A stretch of 64,000 nt of DNA from Flavobacterium sp. (GTDB lineage: Bacteria; Bacteroidota; Bacteroidia; Chitinophagales; Chitinophagaceae): the NCBI GenBank assembly GCA_030053925.1, contig JASGCX010000003.1, positions 5,133-69,132 of the forward strand. The letters are read 5' to 3'. Each line of letters opens with the position of its first letter. Position 1 is the first letter of the stretch. A model generated the notes under the pieces. It had not been told where the DNA came from. It worked only from the letters and a program-made list of their open reading frames with translations, and ran no database searches. Below, piece after piece: positions 28,201 to 36,123 of this stretch. The translations under genes were made by a program, and so were the position numbers.

Positions 28201-28931
28201 AACTGAATATTACGGCGCATGGTACCTACTTCTAGCAAGCCGCCAGATACGTCTAAATTTTCGCGTTGTACGGCATTACTAATATCGTCAAACGTAATAC
28301 CGGTGCTTTGCATACGGTAGTTATCTACATTAATTTGAAACTCACGTTCGGGGGCACCTACAATATCTACACGATTAATTTGGGGCAAATCTTCTAGTTT
28401 GTCTTTCAAATCATCGGCATATTTTTTCAGCTTTACTAAGTTGTAATCGCCACTAAGGTTTACGTACATAATTGGCTGATCGGACAAGTTTACCTCAAGT
28501 GCTGTAGGTGCTTGTGTTAAATCGTTTGGCAAATCTTGCTTTGCTTTATCTATGGCATCTTTTACTTTTTGTAGGGCAATATCTGTTTTTACATCGGTAT
28601 CAAACTCTACAGTAATAGCGCTATAATCTTGCTGAGAAGTGCTAATAAACTTTTTAATTTTTGCACCTGTAATGCCCTTAATTTGTTTTTCAATTGGGCG
28701 TGTTACAAGGTTTTCAATATCCTTTGGCGAGTTGCCTACATAAATGGTTTGCACATAAATAGTAGGAATCACAATTTCGGGAAACTGTTCTTTGGGTAAC
28801 GTAACAAACTTTACAATACCAATAATGGATACAAACACCATTAATAAGTAAATGGAAGTTTTGTTTTTAATACTCCACGTGGTAGGGCCAAATTCTTTGA
28901 ATTTATCCTGTATGTTTTCGAGTACACTCAT
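25287..28931 (-). CDS. RND efflux transporter permease (AcrB/HAE1-like), unusually long
   Basis: 1214 aa; typical start FKEFGPTTWSIKNKTSIYLLMVFVSIIGI...LPKEQFPEIVIPTIYVQT. It has extra hydrophobic segments in the central linker and at the C-terminus. Confidence 0.85.
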   Translation of the reverse strand: MSVLENIQDKFKEFGPTTWSIKNKTSIYLLMVFVSIIGIVKFVTLPKEQFPEIVIPTIYVQTIYVGNSPKDIENLVTRPIEKQIKGITGAKIKKFISTSQQDYSAITVEFDTDVKTDIALQKVKDAIDKAKQDLPNDLTQAPTALEVNLSDQPIMYVNLSGDYNLVKLKKYADDLKDKLEDLPQINRVDIVGAPEREFQINVDNYRMQSTGITFDDISNAVQRENLDVSGGLLEVGTMRRNIQLKGQLKTAADIQKIVLRNTSGSPIYLKDIATIKDTTKERESYARLDGKNVVTLNIIKRSGENLIETSDGVKNVVKEGKGVLFPNDLNAVVTGDQSIKTKTSFTDLVNSIIIGFLLVLIILMFFMGVTNAFFVALSVPLSMFVAFLFLPGADLIVGTHVTLNFMVLFALLFGLGIIVDDAIVVIENTHRIFVEGKGKISSYFAARIAAGEVFVPVLAGTLTTLAPFFPLLFWPGIIGKFMVYLPTMLIFTLAASLVVAFIMNPVFAVDFMNHAEDEGVKKKSDVFKKPFFLFLLASALIAYVTVLFPNKMVITEDGGTINMFFANLLMLSAILMVFNSYVLDGAIHSFQNKALPWIMNHYESLLRYVLQGWRPVYVLLGVIGLFFVSMFVFFSLIGAGKIPISFFPKGDPNQIYVYLKLPVGTDVKHTDSVTQVLEKRVTKVLGVDNGKKNPVVESVISNVALGASDPSSGDRSTRSELGRIQVSFVEFEKRHGVSTRPYLDSIRAEMKGIPGAQITVDQESGGPPTDPPINIEVSSEDFDGLIKTSVNLKNYLDSIQVPGVEELKMNVDLTNPEITLTVNRQRALIEGVSTAQIGLAIRTALFGKELSKIKEGKEEYKIQLRNSDLQRKSLVELLNMKIMFRDFATGGAIKNIPISSLVTAEPTSTLGSVKRKNQKRVISLVSNVLTTQGYNATAVNLVIKRYIDSYKGKEDGVTIKQTGEGEQQAETGAFLLWALAIALAAILAVLVLQFNSISKSIIILSEIIFSVIGVFIGFSVSRIEVSVLMTGLGIVGLAGIVVKNGILVIEFADELRSRGLKTREAVIQAGKTRIIPVLLTALAAILAFIPIAVGFNINFVAMFSEFNPHIYFGGDNVVFWKPLSWTIIFGLAFAFFMTLVVVPAMYLIAERLRRPMRNMYGGKWISMLGIPPVTIFFIPLMLITMVKHRAKRIKRARKLYGNNKVNQSFIGSWF

Positions 28932-28952
28932 AATTTTTGATTTATGATTGAC

Positions 28953-28975
28953 ATGATTTGAATGATGTAATGATT
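28953..28975. repeat. left inverted repeat of the GxxExxY cassette
   Basis: ATGATTTGAATGATGTAATGATT. Its reverse complement occurs at 29391-29413 with one mismatch. Confidence 0.85.
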
Positions 28976-28989
28976 AACATTCAAAATGG

Positions 28990-29385
28990 TCAGTCAGTTT
29001 TTAGTTTATTATTGGTAAAGCGTTTAAATTCTAAACTATCTTTTCCAAAATTTATTAGTAATCCTATTTCTAGTTGAAAGGCTTCTAAATAGTTAATAAT
29101 TTGGCTAAAACTAGATGCATCAAAATTTCCAATTGCTTTCATCTCAATCAATACTCTACCTTCTATAACGAAATCCACACGCCTTTTAGCTATTAACTGT
29201 TCGTCATAATATACAGGCCATTCTTGTTCACGAGTAAAGTTGATTTGAGATTTAGTTAACTCGATGGCCAAAGCTTTTTGATAAATATTTTCTGGAAAAC
29301 CTTTGCCTAGCTTACTATGTACCTTCATAGCACAACCTATAATTGCTGCGGTTAACTTTGAATGTTTATAATTATCATTTATCAT
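28990..29385 (-). CDS. GxxExxY protein (PD-(D/E)XK nuclease-fold family)
   Basis: 131 aa; GFPENIY (GxxExxY) and VDFVIEGRVLIEMKAI (D...ExK). Confidence 0.8.
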   Translation of the reverse strand: MINDNYKHSKLTAAIIGCAMKVHSKLGKGFPENIYQKALAIELTKSQINFTREQEWPVYYDEQLIAKRRVDFVIEGRVLIEMKAIGNFDASSFSQIINYLEAFQLEIGLLINFGKDSLEFKRFTNNKLKTD

Positions 29386-29390
29386 GGCAA

Positions 29391-29413
29391 AATCATTGCA
29401 TCATTCAAATCAT
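29391..29413. repeat. right inverted repeat of the GxxExxY cassette
   Basis: AATCATTGCATCATTCAAATCAT is the reverse complement of 28953-28975 at 22 of 23 positions. Confidence 0.85.
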
Positions 29414-29428
29414 TACTAATCAGTGATA

Positions 29429-30613
29429 TTACTTAGTCGTCAACAACTGCCCATCGTACAAGCCCTGAAAGCCTTCTATAATCACATCTTCGCCTATTGT
29501 AAGGCCAGATAGTATTTCTACTTTATCGCCATACAATTCGCCGGCTTTTACTACTTTTTTCTTAGCTACTAGTTTTGCACCTTCTTTTACAGCCACCATT
29601 ACGTACTTGCCTTTTTCATCGTTTTGCAAAGTATTTAGCGGCACTACCACAGCTTTAGCGTTGCTATAATCTTGAATGTTAATTAATGCCAACTGATTTG
29701 GGTGAAAGTCTTTATCAGTAGGTATTTTAGCTTCTACATAAAAACTTCTGCTACTAGCATCTATCAATTTACTAGCAACACTTACAGTGGCTGTAATGGT
29801 TTTATGAATATCGGGCAAGGTTACATTTAGCTTGCTACCTACGCCTACTTTATTCAAGTAGTTTTCTGGTATTTGCGCAGTAATTTTTAAGTTATTGGTG
29901 TTTACAATTACAATTTGTGCAGCGTTACCTAAAACACCTGTAAAAATTTCGCCAACACGCACATTCACCGATTCGGCAAAGCCATCTACATTGCTATACA
30001 CGTTTGTAAATGCTAATTGCTCTTTGTTAATTTTAATTTGCTCTTCGGTAGCTTTTACTTGCGATTCAAGCGCATCTACATTATTTTTAGCGGTAATCAA
30101 TTGTACTTCGGTACCAATACCCTCATCCCATAAACTCTTTTGTTTTAGGTAAATGGTTTTTGCAAAAGTTAATTGTGTTTTTAAAGTTTGTATGCTTTGT
30201 TCTGCGGCTACTAAACTTTGTTTTGCAATTGTGTTATCTAATTGTAATAGTAACTGTCCTTTCTTTACTGCATCACCTTTTTTTACAAATACCTCTTTTA
30301 CCTGACCGCCGCCATTGCGTGGTGTTACGTACGAAATATTTACAGCTTCAATTTTACCTTGTAGGTCTATGTAGTGTGTAAATGTATTAGTAGCAATTGG
30401 CGCAATTGCTACCAGTTTGGTTTGTGCCGCTTTTACCGATGCAGGATCTAGCTTTGCAATTTCTGCTTCTAATGTAGCAATGTTAGTAGTTACTTCTGCT
30501 TGTTGTTTTTTCAGTTTTTCAAGTTTAGCTTTTTTCTTTGTTACGTCGCTACCACCACAAGCAGTAATGGCTACTAGTGCTGCGTATAGCATGATTTTGT
30601 TTATGTGTTGCAT
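29429..30613 (-). CDS. RND efflux periplasmic adaptor (MFP/HlyD family), lipoprotein
   Basis: 394 aa; lipobox ITAC, a coiled-coil hairpin region, and beta-barrel-like C-terminal sequence. Confidence 0.8.
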   Translation of the reverse strand: MQHINKIMLYAALVAITACGGSDVTKKKAKLEKLKKQQAEVTTNIATLEAEIAKLDPASVKAAQTKLVAIAPIATNTFTHYIDLQGKIEAVNISYVTPRNGGGQVKEVFVKKGDAVKKGQLLLQLDNTIAKQSLVAAEQSIQTLKTQLTFAKTIYLKQKSLWDEGIGTEVQLITAKNNVDALESQVKATEEQIKINKEQLAFTNVYSNVDGFAESVNVRVGEIFTGVLGNAAQIVIVNTNNLKITAQIPENYLNKVGVGSKLNVTLPDIHKTITATVSVASKLIDASSRSFYVEAKIPTDKDFHPNQLALINIQDYSNAKAVVVPLNTLQNDEKGKYVMVAVKEGAKLVAKKKVVKAGELYGDKVEILSGLTIGEDVIIEGFQGLYDGQLLTTK

Positions 30614-30643
30614 ATAGATGTTTTTATGTTTTAGAACGGAGAA

Positions 30644-32062
30644 TTATAGTTTACCAATAGCTTTTTGATAATCAATTTTGGCAATAATGGCACTGTACAA
30701 TGCGTTGATATAATTGGTTTGTGCAGTAATTAAATCGGTTTGCGCAGCAGTAATTTCTGTATTGCTACCTGTACCTACTTCAAATTTCTTTTTAGTTTGG
30801 TTGTACACTGTTTCGGCCAATGTCATGTTTTGTTTTTGATAATCGATGGTGGTAATGGCAGACTTTAAATTAAATTGCGCAGTTGCTACTTCGTTATCTA
30901 TTTGGTTTTTAAAATTGGCAATAGTATTGTTGGCTTGTGCTAGGCTTATTTGTGCTTGTTTTACTCTTGCATCTTTGGCAAAGCCACTAAATATTGGTAC
31001 AGATACGTTTACACCAACAGACGATATGGTAAACCAATCGCCTTTGCCAAAAAAGTCAAACGAACTACGCTGTGCATTTTTTGCGTAGCTACCACTTAAA
31101 GCCACTGTGGGTAAGTAGCTAAGTTTATATCTGCGTACATTAAATTCGTTTAGTTTTTTACCAAGTGCTGCATACTGAAAATCTTTGCGGTCGCTGTATT
31201 GATATGTGTCTGTTAAAATGCCCGATTTAATTTGATCTTCGGTAATGTTATCTGTTAAAATCAACGTGTCTTTAACAGGTACACCAATAAGCATCTTCAA
31301 TCCTAAATAGCCAATATTAATAGCGTTTTCGGTACTTAGTTTTTGTGTTTTTAGGTTTACAAGTTGTACGCTTATTTTATTAATGTCTAGCTTCTCTGCA
31401 AAGCCACTTTCAAACATCGCTTTGGTATCAGACAATAGCTTATCTAAACGTGCAATGTTTGCATCAAAAATTGCCAATTGTGTTTTAGCTACAACAAGTT
31501 GATAATAAATTTTGTAAACGTTTGTTTTAATAACTTCTTCGGTTAGTTCTAAGTTTTTTGTTTGAAACTCAATAGAAGTTTTACGTGCTTGTAAGCCAAT
31601 AAATACCTGCCCATCAAATAATAATTGCTGTAGCGATAAAGCGGCTGTAGCATTAAACTTAGTACCAAATTGTGCTGCAATGCTTCCAAAGCTTGCAGGC
31701 TTTATTATTGTTTGCCCGGTGATGCCATTTTTTACCGCTTCGTCTACCAACACACCGTATGTAGCCGGCGATATAAAGTCTGGTATGTTTTGTACTGCAA
31801 TGTTAGCGTTGTACACACTGCCAATATTACCGCTTACAGTAGGTAAAGCCGCTGCGGTAATTTCTCTGTTTACTTGCTCTTGGTTTTTTAGGTTTAACAA
31901 TGCGTTTTTTACCTGTACATTGTTTTTGGTGGCATATTCTACCGCTTGCTGCACAGAAAATGTGTACTTTTTTACCGTTGGTGTTATTTGGGCGGTTGCA
32001 CCAAAAAACACCAACAATACCATGCAAAACATACTCGTTTTTAAGAATTGTTGTTTCATCAT
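30644..32062 (-). CDS. TolC-family outer membrane efflux protein
   Basis: 472 aa, with a signal peptide and two repeated alpha-helical/beta halves typical of the OEP family. First structural gene of the efflux operon. Confidence 0.8.
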   Translation of the reverse strand: MMKQQFLKTSMFCMVLLVFFGATAQITPTVKKYTFSVQQAVEYATKNNVQVKNALLNLKNQEQVNREITAAALPTVSGNIGSVYNANIAVQNIPDFISPATYGVLVDEAVKNGITGQTIIKPASFGSIAAQFGTKFNATAALSLQQLLFDGQVFIGLQARKTSIEFQTKNLELTEEVIKTNVYKIYYQLVVAKTQLAIFDANIARLDKLLSDTKAMFESGFAEKLDINKISVQLVNLKTQKLSTENAINIGYLGLKMLIGVPVKDTLILTDNITEDQIKSGILTDTYQYSDRKDFQYAALGKKLNEFNVRRYKLSYLPTVALSGSYAKNAQRSSFDFFGKGDWFTISSVGVNVSVPIFSGFAKDARVKQAQISLAQANNTIANFKNQIDNEVATAQFNLKSAITTIDYQKQNMTLAETVYNQTKKKFEVGTGSNTEITAAQTDLITAQTNYINALYSAIIAKIDYQKAIGKL

Positions 32063-32066
32063 TTGT

Positions 32067-32675
32067 TTATTTGTTTGCTCGTTCTTGTTTATATGTAGTT
32101 ATTAGTTCCTTGCCTTTTGAGGTTATAGAGCCATGCAGAAAAAAATCTTTAAGTTCTTTTTCTATGGTACTCAAGCCATATTTATATACAAACTCAGTAT
32201 CGTGTAAAAGAGATATTACTTCAAGTTGTAGCCTAGCAACAATGTCTATCTTCATTTCTATCCTAAATAAACCCTCATCTATACCTCGTTGTAAGTTGTT
32301 TTTTATCATTTCAAACACAAACTCTTTTTTGTGTTTTTCTAGTTCGCCATATACTTTTGGGTGGTAGCGGTTTATCTCGTGTAAAATAGAAGGATTCATT
32401 TTGTTAAACATCTCTTGTACCACATCGCTACACAAAAATTGCTCGTGTATTGCATTGTCCGATTTATCTCTACTGCCTTCACAAGCACATTTATTAGAGC
32501 TTATCAATCTGTTAAAAACCGCCGAAACCAACTCGTCTTTATCTTTATACGATTGATAAATTGTTTTTTTAGATATACCAAGATGGCCAGCTATTTCATC
32601 CATCGTAATGCTTTTAATGCCGTAACGCATGTATAGCTCGTGGGCTTTTTCTAATATTCTGTCCTTTATTTCCAT
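32067..32675 (-). CDS. TetR/AcrR family transcriptional regulator
   Basis: HTH ILEKAHELYMRYGIKSITMDEIAGHLGISKKTIYQSY. I place the start at MEIKDRIL (ATG at 32675-32673) rather than at the ORF-track start 32759, because the upstream extension covers a palindromic operator-like site. Confidence 0.8.
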   Translation of the reverse strand: MEIKDRILEKAHELYMRYGIKSITMDEIAGHLGISKKTIYQSYKDKDELVSAVFNRLISSNKCACEGSRDKSDNAIHEQFLCSDVVQEMFNKMNPSILHEINRYHPKVYGELEKHKKEFVFEMIKNNLQRGIDEGLFRIEMKIDIVARLQLEVISLLHDTEFVYKYGLSTIEKELKDFFLHGSITSKGKELITTYKQERANK

Positions 32676-32703
32676 TTGAAGGGGGTAATGAAGCGCAAAA
32701 CTA

Positions 32704-32733
32704 TGGAAACTTTTTTCGTTGTCAAAGTTTCCA
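32704..32733. promoter_or_regulatory. candidate TetR operator (10-bp perfect inverted repeat, 10-bp spacer)
   Basis: TGGAAACTTT (32704-32713) and AAAGTTTCCA (32724-32733), 29-58 bp upstream of the tetR start. Confidence 0.45.
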
Positions 32734-32874
32734 AGCAAAAAAATTTTTATTAATAACAATTAAATAAAGTTATTACATACATAAACCTTTTGTTTGTCAA
32801 TTACTTGCAAGCTTAAAAAACTTAAAAAAATAGTTACAATTTTGTGATTTACTTTACAGAATAAATTATTTGTT

Positions 32875-33519
32875 ATGATGTTTGATAGAGAGCACCGAAA
32901 AGCAGCCACCAAAAGTGTAGTTGCTCGTTTATTGCAATTTTTTTTTCAAGGCTTAATTGTTATTGCGCCTATTGGCATTACTATTTGGGTGGTTTTGGGT
33001 TTATTTAATACAGTAGATAATATTTTGCCCAATTTTATTCACGCCATTTTGCCCAATTTAGTACCTAAAGATGCTCAGGGTAATTTTCAAAAAATACCTG
33101 GCTTGGGTTTTATTGTGGTGATTGTTTTGGTGATAGCTATTGGCTGGATATCTTCACTATTTGTAGTGGGAAGATTGGTAGAAGTGCTAGACAAAGTACT
33201 AGAAAGTACACCCGGCATCAAGTTTATCTACTCATCGGTGAAAGATTTTTTAGAAGCATTTGCTGGTAATAAAAAGAAATTTGATAGAGCCGTTTTGGTA
33301 AATGTTGATGGCGAAGATGTATGGCGCATTGGCTTTATTACACAGCAATCAGTTACAGATTTTGGGCTTGCAGATCATGTAGCGGTTTATGTACCACACT
33401 CGTATGCCATAAGCGGCATCACCTATTTTGTACCCAATCATAAAATAAAATTGATAGAAACTATTAGCCCCGCCGATACCATGAAATTTGCTGTAAGTGG
33501 CGGTGTTACAGAGTTGTAA
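32875..33519 (+). CDS. DUF502 family membrane protein
   Basis: 214 aa. Two N-terminal TM segments, then the pattern PGIKFIYSSVKDFLEAF...FDRAVLV...G.ITQ.... Confidence 0.65.
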   Translation: MMFDREHRKAATKSVVARLLQFFFQGLIVIAPIGITIWVVLGLFNTVDNILPNFIHAILPNLVPKDAQGNFQKIPGLGFIVVIVLVIAIGWISSLFVVGRLVEVLDKVLESTPGIKFIYSSVKDFLEAFAGNKKKFDRAVLVNVDGEDVWRIGFITQQSVTDFGLADHVAVYVPHSYAISGITYFVPNHKIKLIETISPADTMKFAVSGGVTEL

Positions 33520-33600
33520 GCGTTTTAATGCCACCCTTTTTGATGGTGCACCACACATCTTAAATCATAATCGTACCTTGCAGCCCTCAAAGCAAGTAGC

Positions 33601-34671
33601 ATGAAAAAACACAACTTCAATTCTGGACCATCTATTTTACCGCAAACAGTTTTAGAGCAAGCATCGCAAGCCATATTAGAGTTCAACAATACTGGCTTAT
33701 CATTATTAGAAATTGGGCACCGCACCACTTACTTTATCGATGTTTTGGCCGAGGCAAGAACTTTGGTAAAAGAGTTGATGGATTTAGATGATAGCTACGA
33801 AGTACTGTTTTTACATGGCGGCGCTACCACTCAATTTATGCAAGTACCCATGAACTTGCTAGATACTAACGAAACAGCCGCTTATTGCGATAATGGTATT
33901 TGGGGCAACAAAGCTGTAAAAGAAGCGAGTTTGTTTGGCAGCGTAAATGTTGTGGCAAACTCAAAAAATAAAAACCACACTTACATCAACAAAGGTTTTG
34001 CCATTCCTGCCAATGCAAAATATTTACACATAACTACAAATAATACAGTAGAAGGTACACAATGGCACCACATACCCGAAACCAATGTACCTATTGTGGC
34101 AGATATGAGTAGCGATATTTTTAGCCGCCCATTCAACTACAAAAAATTCGCTTTAATTTATGCTGGTGCCCAAAAAAATATGGGTGCAGCAGGTGTAAAT
34201 TTAGTAGTGGTAAAAAAAGATGTATTGGGCAAAATCACACGCCCCATACCAACCATTATGGATTATGAAAAGCATATTGCTGCAGATTCTTTAATGAACA
34301 CACCTCCTGTATTTGCCGTGTATGTAGCCTTGCTAACCCTACGTTGGATAAAAGCAGAAGGCGGCCTGGAAGAAATGGGCAGGCGTAACCAGCAGAAAGC
34401 AGATTTATTGTACAATACACTTGATAGCTTGCCAATATTTACCCCAACAGTGGCTAATGAAGATAGAAGCCAAATGAATGTGGTATTTGTATTAACCAAC
34501 CCTCAACACGAAGCACCATTTTTAGAACTTGGCAAGCAAAGAGGCATGGTTGGTGTAAAAGGTTATCGCACTGTAGGCGGTGTAAGAGTAAGCATGTACA
34601 ATGCTTTGGCACTAGAAAGTGTGCAAGTCTTCTGCAATTTAATGAAAGAATTTGCCGCTTCGGTTGGTTAA
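33601..34671 (+). CDS. serC: 3-phosphoserine/phosphohydroxythreonine aminotransferase
   Basis: 356 aa; MKKHNFNSGPSILPQTVLEQA...LLEIGHRT...GAQKNMGAAGV. Confidence 0.9.
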   Translation: MKKHNFNSGPSILPQTVLEQASQAILEFNNTGLSLLEIGHRTTYFIDVLAEARTLVKELMDLDDSYEVLFLHGGATTQFMQVPMNLLDTNETAAYCDNGIWGNKAVKEASLFGSVNVVANSKNKNHTYINKGFAIPANAKYLHITTNNTVEGTQWHHIPETNVPIVADMSSDIFSRPFNYKKFALIYAGAQKNMGAAGVNLVVVKKDVLGKITRPIPTIMDYEKHIAADSLMNTPPVFAVYVALLTLRWIKAEGGLEEMGRRNQQKADLLYNTLDSLPIFTPTVANEDRSQMNVVFVLTNPQHEAPFLELGKQRGMVGVKGYRTVGGVRVSMYNALALESVQVFCNLMKEFAASVG

Positions 34672-34679
34672 TATTTTAT

Positions 34680-34783
34680 GTGCGCACAAACAATTTTCTA
34701 TTTTTTGCTTTATTTTTAAATGGGTGCCATCCTTTAAAAGCTTGGCAACCATTGGCTCTCAGCAGAAAAAAATTTATGCACCC
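34680..34783. mobile_element. MITE/REP-like intergenic repeat, copy 1 of 3
   Basis: Shares the core ACAATTTTCTATTTTTTGCTTTATTTTTAAATG..TGCCA.CCTTTAAAAG.TT.GCAA.CATTGGCT.TCAGCA.AAAAA.ATT.ATGCA.CC with 50465-50568 and 53363-53447. Confidence 0.7.
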
Positions 34784-34833
34784 GTAACCTAGCACAACGG
34801 TATATTTAACAAATATTTACAGATATTTGCCGC

Positions 34834-36066
34834 ATGTCAGATATTAAGCCTTTTAAAGCCCTGCGCCCACAACCACAGTTTGCCAAGCAAGTTGCAAGCC
34901 GCCCTTACGATGTATTAAATAGTGCCGAAGCCAAAGTAGAAGTGCAAGGCAATGCCTACAGTTTTTTAAATATTACCAAAAGCGAAATCAGCCTGCCAGA
35001 TGGTATTGATAGTCACAGCCAACAAGTGTACAACAAGGCCAAAGAAAATTTAACCGCCTTTATACAACGTGCTATTTTATTTACAGAAGATAAAGCGTGT
35101 TACTACATTTATCAACTTATTATGAACAACCGTAGCCAAACAGGTTTGGTATGCGTAAGCAGTGTTGATGATTACGAAAAAAACATCATTAAAAAACACG
35201 AATTTACAAGACCAGAAAAAGAACAAGACCGCATTAACCACATTACAACCACAGGCGCACAAACGGGCAATGTGTTTTTAGCCTACAGAAATAATGCTGA
35301 TATAGATTCGTTGATTGATAATTGGAAAACTACCAAAAGCCCACAATACAATTTTGTAGCTGACGATAATATTAAACACACTATTTGGATTGTGTGCGAT
35401 GATGAGACTTGCAAAACCATTACCAATTTATTTGCAGCGCAAGTGCCATGCACTTACATTGCCGATGGCCACCACCGAGCAGCCTCGGCAGCTAAAGTAC
35501 GTAAAGCATTAGCCCAAGCAGCTACACCAGAAAGCAATTATTTCTTAACCACTTTGTTTCCCTCAAATCAGTTGTACATTATGGATTACAACCGAATGGC
35601 TAAAGATTTAAACGGCCTTTCCCAAGCCCAATTTATAGCCGCCGTAGAACAAAGTTTTACTGTAAGCAAATTGGCTAAAGACGCTTTTAAACCAGCCACT
35701 TTACACGAGTTTGGTATGTACCTTGGCGGTACTTGGTACAAATTAGTAGCCAAAGAAGGTACTTACACTACCGACCCTATTGGCATACTTGATGTAACTA
35801 TTTTACAAGACAATTTACTAAGCAAAATATTAAACATCAACGATCCTCGCACCGATACACGCATCGATTTTGTAGGCGGTATTCGTGGCCTGCAAGAGCT
35901 TGAAAAACGTGTAGACAATGGCGATATGGCCGTAGCATTTAGCCTATATGCTGTAACTATTGAGCAATTGTTTGATATTGCAGACAGTGGCAACGTAATG
36001 CCACCAAAAAGCACCTGGTTTGAACCTAAATTACGAGATGGTTTATTAACGCATCTTATTTACTAA
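34834..36066 (+). CDS. DUF1015 domain-containing protein
   Basis: 410 aa; IKPFKALRPQPQFAKQVASRPYDVL...ADGHHR, the typical DUF1015 start and motif. Confidence 0.8.
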   Translation: MSDIKPFKALRPQPQFAKQVASRPYDVLNSAEAKVEVQGNAYSFLNITKSEISLPDGIDSHSQQVYNKAKENLTAFIQRAILFTEDKACYYIYQLIMNNRSQTGLVCVSSVDDYEKNIIKKHEFTRPEKEQDRINHITTTGAQTGNVFLAYRNNADIDSLIDNWKTTKSPQYNFVADDNIKHTIWIVCDDETCKTITNLFAAQVPCTYIADGHHRAASAAKVRKALAQAATPESNYFLTTLFPSNQLYIMDYNRMAKDLNGLSQAQFIAAVEQSFTVSKLAKDAFKPATLHEFGMYLGGTWYKLVAKEGTYTTDPIGILDVTILQDNLLSKILNINDPRTDTRIDFVGGIRGLQELEKRVDNGDMAVAFSLYAVTIEQLFDIADSGNVMPPKSTWFEPKLRDGLLTHLIY

Positions 36067-36077
36067 TTTTTTAAAAA

Positions 36078-36108
36078 CCGTCAAGTTTTCCCAAACCTGA
36101 CGGGTTTA
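36078..36108 (+). terminator. weak stem-loop terminator
   Basis: CCGTCA (36078-36083) pairs with TGACGG (36098-36103), followed by GTTT. Confidence 0.35.
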
Positions 36109-36123
36109 TGTTAAAACACCCTT

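Noticed and set aside
32676-32759. 28-codon N-terminal extension of the TetR ORF as given in the ORF track.
   Set aside because: The extension (MLLIKIFLLGNFDNEKSFHSFALHYPLQ) precedes a canonical TetR N-terminus starting MEIKDRIL, and it would bury the 10/10 palindrome in coding sequence.
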